NCBI GenBank assembly: GCA_902560315.1
Contig: CACELG010000002.1
Span: forward strand, 134,857-198,856
DNA: 64,000 nucleotides
Direction of reading: 5' to 3'
Source of the DNA: an uncultured SAR86 cluster bacterium
Lineage (GTDB): Bacteria; Pseudomonadota; Gammaproteobacteria; Magnimaribacterales; D2472
The notes below the pieces were generated by a model. The model had not been told where the DNA came from and ran no database searches. It saw only the letters and a program-made list of their open reading frames with translations. Made by a program: the position numbers and the translations under genes. Of this stretch, positions 8,932-18,013 are shown in pieces; the first letter of the stretch is position 1, and each line of letters begins with the position of its first letter.

Positions 8932-9603
8932 TTACCAATTAACTCCAGACTCAACCATATTAAATTCAATATCGTTATCGCTATCTTTAAGATCATTAAT
9001 CAGTTCTTGCAAATTAAAATCTTCCTTAACAGAAATATTGAAATATGCATTGACTTTATTTCCATTATTCTCAGTTCTTATTAACTTGTAGGCATTAACA
9101 TTACTACTGATAGTTTCGGAAACTTCACTAAACTTATCTTGAGATAGTTTTATTAGAAGAGTGTACTCACCATCTATTTTTGAAGTTCCTTTTGTTGTTC
9201 CTGCAAAGTACAAATAAGCTAAAATTGCAGAAGTAATTATAACTGTTGTCATTGAGAATCCTGCACCAAACCCAAGACCAATGGCAATTGTTAAAAATAA
9301 GTAACCTAGTTCTTCAGGCTCTTTTATTGGCGTTCTAAATCTGACTATTGACAAAGCACCAACCAATCCAAGTGATAGAGCAAGAGAGCTTTTAACTACA
9401 GTGATGACCATAAAAACAGTTAAACCAATCAATGGGAGTATTGCACCTACATGAGTTTTACCACCTAAGCTTCTTGAGAATTTTTTATAAAACCATCCTA
9501 CAAAGCTAACAAGTATCATACATAAGAATAAATTTATTAGAACAACTGAGATAGATTGTTGAGCAAATTGTTCAATTGAAAGAAGATCATTTATGTTTTG
9601 CAT
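8932..9603 (-). CDS. DUF4956-type integral membrane protein (cassette B, gene 1)
   Basis: About 4 TM helices plus a soluble C-tail. Core motif LSLGLVGALSIVRFRTPIKEPEE is shared with 1442-2107. Confidence 0.75.
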   Translation of the reverse strand: MQNINDLLSIEQFAQQSISVVLINLFLCMILVSFVGWFYKKFSRSLGGKTHVGAILPLIGLTVFMVITVVKSSLALSLGLVGALSIVRFRTPIKEPEELGYLFLTIAIGLGFGAGFSMTTVIITSAILAYLYFAGTTKGTSKIDGEYTLLIKLSQDKFSEVSETISSNVNAYKLIRTENNGNKVNAYFNISVKEDFNLQELINDLKDSDNDIEFNMVESGVNW

Positions 9604-9671
9604 TGCTATTATGGTAACTAAAAAATAAAAAATGTAAACTTAAGAATTAAGAATAAATATGCCTGCGTTAC

Positions 9672-9839
9672 TTAAATAAGAGTAATAATTTTCCCTAAAA
9701 CTAATAATCTCAACGTAATAGTCCAATATGCCAATTCAGGTATAAATTCAGTATTTTTAAGAAAATTAGCTGTTCTGATATAAGATGATTCTATTCTACC
9801 CACTTCGAAGCTTGGAATGATCAACGACACTTTTGTCAT
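9672..9839 (-). pseudogene. Possible N-terminal remnant of a glycosyltransferase (55 codons), below the ORF-track threshold
   Basis: My own translation of the minus strand gives MTKVSLIIPSFEVGRIESSYIRTANFLKNTEFIPELAYWTITLRLLVLGKIITLI*. The first ~35 aa resemble the N-terminal beta-alpha unit of GT4-type enzymes (IIPS..VG..E....A..L). The start overlaps the upstream GT4 stop as ATGA. The ORF ends after 55 aa, about 70 bp from the start of cassette B. Confidence 0.3.
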
Positions 9840-10969
9840 AAATCAATTACACTATTAAATTGTTGATATATTAATTCTAGCTTGAACTCTTTTTCTACCA
9901 TTTTTCTTGAGCACTCACCCATTTCTGATATTCTATTTTTATTGTTAATAATTTTTTGCATCGATTGAATTAAACTCTCTGAAGATCGCGGTTCGCAAAG
10001 GTATCCATTTTTATTGTCTATAATGCATGAGTTACAACCGGGAACATCAGAGCAGATTAAGGCTCGTCCACTTGCCATTGCCTCCATCACCGCCAATGGT
10101 ATTCCTTCTCCGAAAGAGGGCAAAACAAAAACATGATAGTCATAAAGATTTTTCAAAAAAGTTTTTTGATCCCACGACCCAAGATATTTTATCGATTCAG
10201 ATTCTACTATTGTTTTATATAAGGAATCTTCTATTGACAAGGGATGATTTTTTAAATATTTTCCAGCTATAAAAAAATCTGCATTTAAATTAGCATTTTT
10301 TATTCTTATGGCAGCATCATAGTAGTAACTTACTCCCTTTGCATAAAATAGGTTACCTGCAAATAGAAACTTGATACTTTCAGTTTTACCAATAGGCCTA
10401 TAAGATATTTTATCCAGATCTACTCCATTGCCTTTTATCAAATAAAAACGATTATTAACGCCAAGCATTTTTTCAAACAGCATTTTATCTTCGTTATTTT
10501 GAAATATAAATCTATTATTCAAAGATTTAAAGTACGTAAAAATTTTTGTTGCGATTAGGCGCAATAATTTATTTTCTCTAAGTACATTCGCGCCAGAGAT
10601 TATGAAATATTTTTTATTTTTTAAATGTTTAGTTGCAATTGCTCCAATCATTGAAGACTCAAGTGTTATAAAAAATATATTATCAACTCGATAATGTTTT
10701 AATATTGAAACTAGACGAAATGCATATCTTATAACACTAAGAAAATTCTTTAATTTATTTTTACTAACTCTAGATTTAAGATGAACAAATTTAATAAAAT
10801 CGTACTTCAGAAGATTAGATTCATTAGATTCTTTAATATCGCTAATAACAATAATTTGAAATTTTTCTGATAATTTTTTTGCAAGAGGAGCTCTATGCGA
10901 AAAGAAAAAGTCTATATCAGCAACTACCATGCACAATGATGGTTTATCTTTAATCAACATATTCCTCAC
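9836..10969 (-). CDS. Glycosyltransferase family 4 (GT-B, group 1)
   Basis: C-terminal EGIPLAVMEAMASGRALICSDVPGCNSCIIDNKNGYL block, typical of the GT4 E-x7-E region. N-terminal FFFSHR motif. Confidence 0.8.
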   Translation of the reverse strand: MRNMLIKDKPSLCMVVADIDFFFSHRAPLAKKLSEKFQIIVISDIKESNESNLLKYDFIKFVHLKSRVSKNKLKNFLSVIRYAFRLVSILKHYRVDNIFFITLESSMIGAIATKHLKNKKYFIISGANVLRENKLLRLIATKIFTYFKSLNNRFIFQNNEDKMLFEKMLGVNNRFYLIKGNGVDLDKISYRPIGKTESIKFLFAGNLFYAKGVSYYYDAAIRIKNANLNADFFIAGKYLKNHPLSIEDSLYKTIVESESIKYLGSWDQKTFLKNLYDYHVFVLPSFGEGIPLAVMEAMASGRALICSDVPGCNSCIIDNKNGYLCEPRSSESLIQSMQKIINNKNRISEMGECSRKMVEKEFKLELIYQQFNSVIDL

Positions 10970-11195
10970 ACCAGATTAAAAATAAAGCTATTGCAAACAA
11001 TGATTCTCCTGTATTAGCACACTCGGCCTGTTGTGAAAGAACTTGATTGCGAAATTTTATATTAACCATAATTAATCAATTTACTTGATAATACAATGAA
11101 AACGACAATTACTTATTAAAAATCTATAAAAAGTAAAATAAGCTATATGATAAACATATCATTTATAATAATTTTTATGTGGCGGAGTTCAATTT

Positions 11196-12179
11196 ATGGT
11201 TAAATCAATTTCATTAATTATACCGTTTAAGTCAGATAAGTCAGAAAAGGAAAAACTTTTTACTTTATTGAGAGGTATATCAAATTGGAAGGCAGCTCCA
11301 AATGAAATAATAATCATTAATACTGACCAAAAGCAGCTATCTTTTCCAAGTGATATTGAATTATTTGCTGATCAACACAATATTAATCTTTGTATTTTCC
11401 ATCAAGAGAAAACCTATCCTGGGCACGCACGTAACATTGGAATCTGTAATGCATCTAATTCATTATTAGCATTTTTAGACACATCTACTCACCCCTCTAA
11501 TGACTGGTTATCAAATGGATTGCATATTATTAATACTAATAATTATGAGGGTGTTTGGGGCAAAACCTATTACCAGGCAGAAAAATTTTTACCAAAAATA
11601 TTTAGAGCATCTACTTATGGAGAAAAGCCTATTCAGACTCTCCCTGGGAGCATTCTTCATAAAAACATCTTTAAAAAATGTGGATTATTTGTTGAATCTA
11701 CTAGAGCTGGAGAAGATACAGATTTTATGAGTAGGGCGAAGCTTCACAATTTAAATATATGTGAATCTGAAAGTTTTTTAAATTACGACAAGCTTGATAA
11801 GATAAGTTTTAGAGAAATAATTAAAAAATGGTATAGAAACTATTTCCATGTCGCAAGCATGCCATATTTTAGAGCGCATAAAGATATATATTTTTATGGC
11901 ATTTCTTTTTTAGCAATAATGATTGCTTATAATTGGAATAGAGTTTTTGATCCTACTGGAATTGAAAATGATTTTTTCATACCCAATGTAACAAAAATTA
12001 GTGTACTTATAATAATTTTAACTTATCTTTTCTTAAGAGGTGTAGTTCTTCCAATGAGAAAAGGCGCATCCTTAAAATTTATCTTTCCGTTAAATTTTAT
12101 TTTAATTAGCTTAATGTCATTCTTTCTTGATTTAACAAAGACTATAGCCTTTGGTTATTCTAAATTTTTTAGAACTTGA
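11196..12179 (+). CDS. Glycosyltransferase family 2 with C-terminal membrane segment
   Basis: SLIIPFKSD start, ARNIG, LAFLDTS (DxD-like) and GEDTDF motifs. Hydrophobic C-terminal third. GGAG RBS 8 nt upstream. Confidence 0.7.
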   Translation: MVKSISLIIPFKSDKSEKEKLFTLLRGISNWKAAPNEIIIINTDQKQLSFPSDIELFADQHNINLCIFHQEKTYPGHARNIGICNASNSLLAFLDTSTHPSNDWLSNGLHIINTNNYEGVWGKTYYQAEKFLPKIFRASTYGEKPIQTLPGSILHKNIFKKCGLFVESTRAGEDTDFMSRAKLHNLNICESESFLNYDKLDKISFREIIKKWYRNYFHVASMPYFRAHKDIYFYGISFLAIMIAYNWNRVFDPTGIENDFFIPNVTKISVLIIILTYLFLRGVVLPMRKGASLKFIFPLNFILISLMSFFLDLTKTIAFGYSKFFRT

Positions 12180-12188
12180 ATAATTTCT

Positions 12189-13490
12189 TCAATCTAATAC
12201 TATAAATTTTGTCAAAAAAATTATAAATAAGAACCAGGCACCAAAGCTTATATCTGATTTTTTTCCTGCTGCATACTTTAAAACCACATATGAAATAAAG
12301 CCTAATGCAATTCCATTAGCAATGGAAAAGGTTAAAGGAATCATAATTATCATAATTAGAGCAGGCAATAGCTCAGTATTATCTGACCAATCTAGCTTTT
12401 CCATTCCACCAAGCATTAAAATAGCTACATAAACTAGAGCACCGGCTGTTGCATAACTCGGAACTATAGATGCAATAGGGGAGAAGAAGATAGCTATTAA
12501 GAAAAAAATTCCTACCACTACTGCAGTTAGACCTGTTCTACCACCTGCCTCCACTCCAGCAGAGCTTTCGACATAGCTTGTTACAGGAGAGCATCCAAAA
12601 AACGATCCAGCAACGCTGGCAGTGCTATCAGCCTTCAGAGCCCTATCAAGATTTTTAATTCTTCCTGAATCATCTATAAGATTTGCTCGAGATGCAACAC
12701 CTAACAAGGTTCCTGCTGTATCAAATAAATTAACAAACAGAAAAGAAATAATAATGCTTATCATAGAGACATCTATAGCTCCTAAAATATCTAACTTCAT
12801 TAACGTTGGCCTGATATCTGGAGGGGCAGAAACAAAACCATTAAATTGAATTAAACCAATCAATAATCCTGAAATAGTGACTGTCAAAACTCCTATAATT
12901 ATTGCACCAGTAATTTTCCTTATTGCTAATATTAAAATCAACAGAAAACCTATAGCAGAAAGAAAAGTTTCAATATTTTTAAAGTCACCTAAGCTTAAAA
13001 AAGTTGTTTCGTTTTGAACAATAATACCGCCTGTTTTAAGACCAATAAATCCAACAAATAAACCAACCCCAGCACCCATAGCAATTCTGAGATTCATAGG
13101 AATACTATTAAGCATCCATTGTCTTAGAGGAGTGACACTGATTATTACAAATAAAATCCCAGCTAGAAAAACAGCTCCTAAAGCTACTTCCCATGAGTAA
13201 CCCATTTCACTAACAACTGTATAAGTAAAGAAAGCATTAAGTCCCATACCAGGAGCTAATCCAACAGGCCAATTTGAATATAACCCCATTGCAAAGCATG
13301 CTATTGCAGCAGCAATACAGGTACCTACAAAACTTGCACCTAAATCCATTCCACTTGCTGCCATCATTTGTGGATTTACAAAAATGATGTACGCCATTGT
13401 AATAAATGTAGTAAAACCTGCTAAAAATTCTTTTTTAATAGTGGTATCATTATCTTGAAGTTTAAAAATATGTTCTAAAGTTTGTTTCAT
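12189..13490 (-). CDS. NCS2-family purine (adenine / guanine-hypoxanthine) permease
   Basis: KKEFLAGFTTFITMAYIIFVNPQMM N-terminus and a polytopic architecture typical of AzgA-type nucleobase permeases. Confidence 0.85.
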   Translation of the reverse strand: MKQTLEHIFKLQDNDTTIKKEFLAGFTTFITMAYIIFVNPQMMAASGMDLGASFVGTCIAAAIACFAMGLYSNWPVGLAPGMGLNAFFTYTVVSEMGYSWEVALGAVFLAGILFVIISVTPLRQWMLNSIPMNLRIAMGAGVGLFVGFIGLKTGGIIVQNETTFLSLGDFKNIETFLSAIGFLLILILAIRKITGAIIIGVLTVTISGLLIGLIQFNGFVSAPPDIRPTLMKLDILGAIDVSMISIIISFLFVNLFDTAGTLLGVASRANLIDDSGRIKNLDRALKADSTASVAGSFFGCSPVTSYVESSAGVEAGGRTGLTAVVVGIFFLIAIFFSPIASIVPSYATAGALVYVAILMLGGMEKLDWSDNTELLPALIMIIMIPLTFSIANGIALGFISYVVLKYAAGKKSDISFGAWFLFIIFLTKFIVLD

Positions 13491-13646
13491 AAATTTTGAA
13501 TTTTAAGTTTTACTAAGAATTTTAAAGTATACAATTAATTAATCGTTTTAGAATTACTAATTGTTATTATATTTTCAAATTTTTAGATAGATTTTTTGGC
13601 ATATATATTGCATATAATAACTAACAACCTTTTACGGGGACTAAAA

Positions 13647-15965
13647 ATGAAATTAAGACTAAGTATTGTAAATTTGTCACTATTATCTTTTTTATTTTCA
13701 TTAAGTGAAAATGTATTATCTCAAGATAATCAGCAAGTTTTTGAAGAAGTAATTGTTACCGCTGAAAAAAGAGATGAAAGTCTACAGACAATTTCTCAAG
13801 CAGTGACAGCTATTACAGAATCAGAAATAGAAAATAAAAACATTACATCTTTTGTTGATCTTACAGCTGTAGTTCCTGGTGTTACTGTTGCTAAAAATGA
13901 GGGATATAAAACAGTTATATCAATCCGAGGCGTCGGAAACGAAACTAACCAAAATGCTATTGCAGCTCCTTCAGTTGCATATCATATGGATGGTGTTTTT
14001 ATTGCTTCCCCATTTTCATTACAAACAGATTTTGTAGACATAGAGCGTATTGAGGTATTAAGAGGTCCTCAAGGTACATTATTTGGACAAAATTCAACTG
14101 GTGGCGCAATTAATGTTATTAGCAAAAAACCATCAACATCTTCTTTTTCATCCAGCGCATCTTTTACAGTTGGTGATTACAATTTAAGAAAAATTAGCTC
14201 GACCACCAATTTCCCTATTTCAAATAACGCAGCTACAAAATTTACTTTTACAAAAACTGAAAGAGATGGCTTTTCTGAGAATGTTATAACCGGACAAGAT
14301 TTAGATGATGCATCAAATATTAGTATTAGAAGTGACTGGATTTTTGAACTTAGTGAAAGTTCATCATTAAGAATTTTTGGTCAATATTTTGACTCTGATA
14401 GAAATGGTGCAGCTATGAGAGGTATTGATGACGTAAATGATAATATACGTAAGTTATCTCAAGATTCATTATCCAAGCAGGAGCTAACATCTAAGGTTTT
14501 AGCTCTAATCTATGAATCAGACTTAGGATACGCAAATCTTAAGATTATAGGCAGTGTTCAAGAAGATGATGTTTTGGTTGTGAGAGATAACGATCGTCAT
14601 AATTATGGAGATCCTGTTCTTGCTATACCAGGATTAGGCGCTGGTTCAACATATCAGATGGCTGAATTTAATCCAGAAACCTCTTTAGTTGATACAACTA
14701 GTTTTGAAATTAATTTAGTATCGAATGAGCCTGCTCTCGGTGGCAAACTAGATTGGACTATTGGAGCTTTTTATATGGAACATGAAATTGAAAACCATAT
14801 AAGAGGATATAGAGACAATGATCTTGATGGGAATATTAGATATGTTTGTGGTGAGTCCTTTGCTGATCCTAGTTACTGCTATACGCATGATTTTGGTATT
14901 CCAGGTAGGTTTGATGTTTTTGCTGCTGAATTCGATTTTGTTACTGATGCTTATCCATCTAGAGAATCATACTCAATATATGGTCAAACTACATACAGCG
15001 TAAGTGATACTTTTAGATTGATATCCGGAATAAGGTATTCTGAAGATACTTTTGAAACTGATGTAACTAATTTCTTTAATGTTGATCCTTTCCAAGCTGA
15101 AGGAACTGGTGATGAAGTTACTGGACGAATAACAGGTGAGTTTGACGTTGCGGATGCAACCATGGCTTATGTATCCTTTTCTACCGGATTTAAACCTGGT
15201 GGGACAAACCTAACTTATGGTTATGCGGACGATAATGCTCCTCCAATGGTATTTCAAACTTTTGAGCCAGAAACTGTAGACTCACTAGAATTTGGCCTAA
15301 AAACAGATTTACTTGAAGGAAACGCAAGAGCAAACATCGCAGTTTTCTCATATGATTATGAAAACTTACAATTCCAAGCAACTGATCCTGATCCATATAG
15401 AGGCGGCGTTGCAAATATTCCAGAATCAGAAATGTCTGGAATTGAAATAGAATTTACTGCTTTGGTTTCAGATTCGTTAACTTTTGATATGAACCTTGGA
15501 TTTTTAGACACAGATGTTACTTCTGATTATGATGTTCTTGATAATGTAGATGCATATCAATACTTCTTCGGTGAAGAGGATTTAAGATATGGCTTAAGAG
15601 AGAATGTCAAAGGAAATCAATTAGCTAAGACTCCTGATTTTACTGCTGATGCAACATTTACCTATGAAACAGTGCTATCTTCTGGCAATGAATTAACAAC
15701 AGTCTTTCAATTTGTAAGAAGAGGTGAATTTATGCAACGTGTATCAAACAATCCAATTGTTGATAAAGTTCCTTATTATCAAATTTTTAATTTGACCGTT
15801 GGGGTAGATTTTAAAAACAATATGGATTTAGACTTTTTGCTATTAAATATGACTGACGAAGATGGCGTTAACTCTAGCATGACAGATGTTTTTGGGGTTG
15901 CTGCAACAGGAATTGAGTTAATACCGCCAAGACAATTTATGACTAGAATAAGTTATGATTTCTGA
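13647..15965 (+). CDS. TonB-dependent outer-membrane receptor
   Basis: Signal peptide, TonB-box/plug motifs (EEVIVTAEKR, LRGPQGTLFGQNSTGGAINV), a long barrel and a terminal F (RISYDF). The track ORF starts at TTG 13596. I prefer ATG 13647 (MKLRLSIVNL...) because it starts the signal peptide. Confidence 0.85.
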   Translation: MKLRLSIVNLSLLSFLFSLSENVLSQDNQQVFEEVIVTAEKRDESLQTISQAVTAITESEIENKNITSFVDLTAVVPGVTVAKNEGYKTVISIRGVGNETNQNAIAAPSVAYHMDGVFIASPFSLQTDFVDIERIEVLRGPQGTLFGQNSTGGAINVISKKPSTSSFSSSASFTVGDYNLRKISSTTNFPISNNAATKFTFTKTERDGFSENVITGQDLDDASNISIRSDWIFELSESSSLRIFGQYFDSDRNGAAMRGIDDVNDNIRKLSQDSLSKQELTSKVLALIYESDLGYANLKIIGSVQEDDVLVVRDNDRHNYGDPVLAIPGLGAGSTYQMAEFNPETSLVDTTSFEINLVSNEPALGGKLDWTIGAFYMEHEIENHIRGYRDNDLDGNIRYVCGESFADPSYCYTHDFGIPGRFDVFAAEFDFVTDAYPSRESYSIYGQTTYSVSDTFRLISGIRYSEDTFETDVTNFFNVDPFQAEGTGDEVTGRITGEFDVADATMAYVSFSTGFKPGGTNLTYGYADDNAPPMVFQTFEPETVDSLEFGLKTDLLEGNARANIAVFSYDYENLQFQATDPDPYRGGVANIPESEMSGIEIEFTALVSDSLTFDMNLGFLDTDVTSDYDVLDNVDAYQYFFGEEDLRYGLRENVKGNQLAKTPDFTADATFTYETVLSSGNELTTVFQFVRRGEFMQRVSNNPIVDKVPYYQIFNLTVGVDFKNNMDLDFLLLNMTDEDGVNSSMTDVFGVAATGIELIPPRQFMTRISYDF

Positions 15966-16018
15966 TATAAATCATATATGAAGCTATAATCTAAAGAATT
16001 AAAAACTATAATTTAATT

Positions 16019-16570
16019 ATGGATAAGCTTTTCATTAATTCTGATGATCTTCTAAAAGATTCATTTCAACTAGCTTGGAATGTTTATGAAAGTGATTTTA
16101 AGCCTAACTACATTGTAGGGGTTTGGAGGGGTGGAGCTCCAATAGGAATTGCTGTTCAAGAGTTTCTAAGTTATCTAGGAATTAAGTCTGATCATGTTGC
16201 AATAAGAACCTCATATTATTCTGGTATTGATGAAACAAAGGATAGTGTTCAAGTTTATGGACTTAATTATGTGATAAGGCAATTGCAGTCAGAGGATAGA
16301 TTATTGATTGTTGATGACGTTCATGATACTGGACATTCAATTCAACAAATAATCAATGATTTGAAAGCAGCATGTAAAAAAAATACTCCTGAAATAAGAA
16401 TTGCAACCCCTTACTTTAAACCAACTAAAAATCTTACTGATAATAAGCCTGACTATTTCTTATATGAAACTGATAAATGGTTAGTATTCCCTCATGAGCT
16501 TGATGGCCTTACTTTAGACGAAATAAAAAAACATAAACCGGAACTAAAAGACTTAATTGAAAAATTGTAA
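16019..16570 (+). CDS. Purine phosphoribosyltransferase, Gpt/Hpt-like
   Basis: VGVWRGGAPIG and the PRPP-binding loop LLIVDDVHDTGHSI. C-terminal DKWLVFPHE resembles the Gpt-type tail. Confidence 0.75.
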   Translation: MDKLFINSDDLLKDSFQLAWNVYESDFKPNYIVGVWRGGAPIGIAVQEFLSYLGIKSDHVAIRTSYYSGIDETKDSVQVYGLNYVIRQLQSEDRLLIVDDVHDTGHSIQQIINDLKAACKKNTPEIRIATPYFKPTKNLTDNKPDYFLYETDKWLVFPHELDGLTLDEIKKHKPELKDLIEKL

Positions 16571-16665
16571 AAATTTTATTTTAAAATTGCAATTTTAAGA
16601 GATGAAAAACATTTTAGTCGAAAAATGATAAAATTAAGCTTTAATTTTTGATCATATTTTGGTAA

Positions 16666-17385
16666 ATGAAACAATTATTACTATATATCTATAGAAACAT
16701 TAAGAAATTTCTACCAAGAAAAATAAATACTTTCATCTGGGATATTTACTTATCAGTATTGAAAAAACAATCCTACTCACAATATGGAGAAGACTTGATA
16801 ATAAATAACTTTTTTAATACTTATATTGGTATGGAAAATGGCAATTATTTAGATATTGGTTGCTATCATCCAGTTGGCATATCAAATACTTACTTATTGC
16901 ATAAAAAGGGTTGGCAAGGAGTAGTCGTCGACATAGATGACTATAAACTTAAACTCTTCAAAAAAAGGAGAGGTAAAAGTGTTGAAGTTGTTAAAGGCGC
17001 AATTTCATCTCACAATTCTAAATCTAAAGTAGCAATATATAAATTTAACCAGCCTTTCTCCCCATACGATACTCTTTCAGAGGAAATAGCTAAGATGAGA
17101 TCAAAAGAAATAAACGTAGATTATAAAGTAGAGGAAGTTAATCAAATAAGCATAAATTCATTATTAAGCAAGAAACATTATGATTTAATAAATATTGATA
17201 TTGAAGGTTTGGACGAACTTATAGTTAATTCCATAGATTTTACAAAATATCAACCAACAATGATTATTTATGAGTCATTTGATCCATTTTCAAACTCTAA
17301 AACAAAAGAACTTCTATATGAAAATAATTACACCTTATTATTTATTTCAGGCGGTTCAATCGGTTTTGTTAAGAAGAATATATAG
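16666..17385 (+). CDS. FkbM-family methyltransferase
   Basis: YLDIGCYHPVGISNT SAM-binding block and INIDIEGLDELIV block, characteristic of FkbM-type methyltransferases. Confidence 0.65.
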   Translation: MKQLLLYIYRNIKKFLPRKINTFIWDIYLSVLKKQSYSQYGEDLIINNFFNTYIGMENGNYLDIGCYHPVGISNTYLLHKKGWQGVVVDIDDYKLKLFKKRRGKSVEVVKGAISSHNSKSKVAIYKFNQPFSPYDTLSEEIAKMRSKEINVDYKVEEVNQISINSLLSKKHYDLINIDIEGLDELIVNSIDFTKYQPTMIIYESFDPFSNSKTKELLYENNYTLLFISGGSIGFVKKNI

Positions 17386-17561
17386 AATTAAAAAATGAAG
17401 TTTAAACCAAGACTTTTTATATTGTTAGATGATTATAATTAATAAAATATCTTTAAGCTTTACAAGCTTAATTGAAGTATTTTTATTTGTTGTTGTAGCA
17501 CTTATGCTAATGACTTTAACTCATATGATAAATTATTTAATTTTTAAAACTAGATAATGTA

Positions 17562-17996
17562 ATGAAATTTGACTATTCTGAACTTTATATTAGAAATATT
17601 CTTGAGAAAGTAAATACAATAGCCGTAATTGGAGCAAGCCCAACTAAAACAAGAGATAGTTATAAAGTTATGGAAGCTTTAATTCAAAATGGATATGAAA
17701 TTTTTCCAGTTAATCCCAAAGAGGCTGGTAATTTAATATTGGGTAAAGAGTGTTATTCTGATATCAAAGATATTGGAGAAGACATAGATTTGGTAGACAT
17801 ATTTAGAAAAAAAAATGCAGTTATGGATATAACAATACAAGCAATAGAAGTGGGAGCAAAATATTTATGGATGCAAGAGGGTATTATTCATCAAGAAGCT
17901 GCATGTCTTGCACAAAATGCTGGTTTAAAAGTCATCATGGACAGGTGCCCAAAAAAAGAACTATCGAGACCTTATTGGACTAATAAAATCAAATAG
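17562..17996 (+). CDS. CoA-binding domain protein (YccU/YneT-like)
   Basis: IAVIGASPTKTRDSYKVMEALIQNGYEIFPVNPK with a small Rossmann-like size. Confidence 0.8.
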   Translation: MKFDYSELYIRNILEKVNTIAVIGASPTKTRDSYKVMEALIQNGYEIFPVNPKEAGNLILGKECYSDIKDIGEDIDLVDIFRKKNAVMDITIQAIEVGAKYLWMQEGIIHQEAACLAQNAGLKVIMDRCPKKELSRPYWTNKIK

Positions 17997-18013
17997 CTTT
18001 TAATAGCATAAGT

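Noticed and set aside
1329-9640. Shared 7-mer TGTAAAC in both flanks of the CotH/VTC/DUF4956 block (about 1329 and about 9633), considered as target-site duplication or att-like direct repeats.
   Set aside because: A single 7-nt match between two AT-rich intergenic regions of 70-125 bp is expected by chance. There is no extended repeat, integrase or tRNA nearby.
10954-11070. 38-codon minus-strand ORF (MVNIKFRNQVLSQQAECANTGESLFAIALFLIWCEEYVD) overlapping the 5' end of the GT4 gene.
   Set aside because: Too short, no motif, and it overlaps the annotated start region. It may be a remnant or may be nothing.
13596-13646. TTG-initiated 17-codon N-terminal extension of the TonB receptor (MAYILHIITNNLLRGLK), as given in the ORF track.
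   Set aside because: ATG 13647 starts a canonical signal peptide (MKLRLSIVNLSLLSFLF...). The extension would bury it.
13491-13646. Possible purine riboswitch upstream of the NCS2 purine permease.
   Set aside because: The leader is almost pure A/T. It lacks the conserved G/C-containing junction and loop elements needed for a purine-sensing three-way junction.
17429-17557. 42-codon hydrophobic ORF (MIIINKISLSFTSLIEVFLFVVVALMLMTLTHMINYLIFKTR) in the gap before the CoA-binding protein gene.
   Set aside because: No Shine-Dalgarno sequence and no recognisable family. The composition is what random AT-rich sequence yields. It could be a real small membrane peptide, but the sequence alone does not support that.
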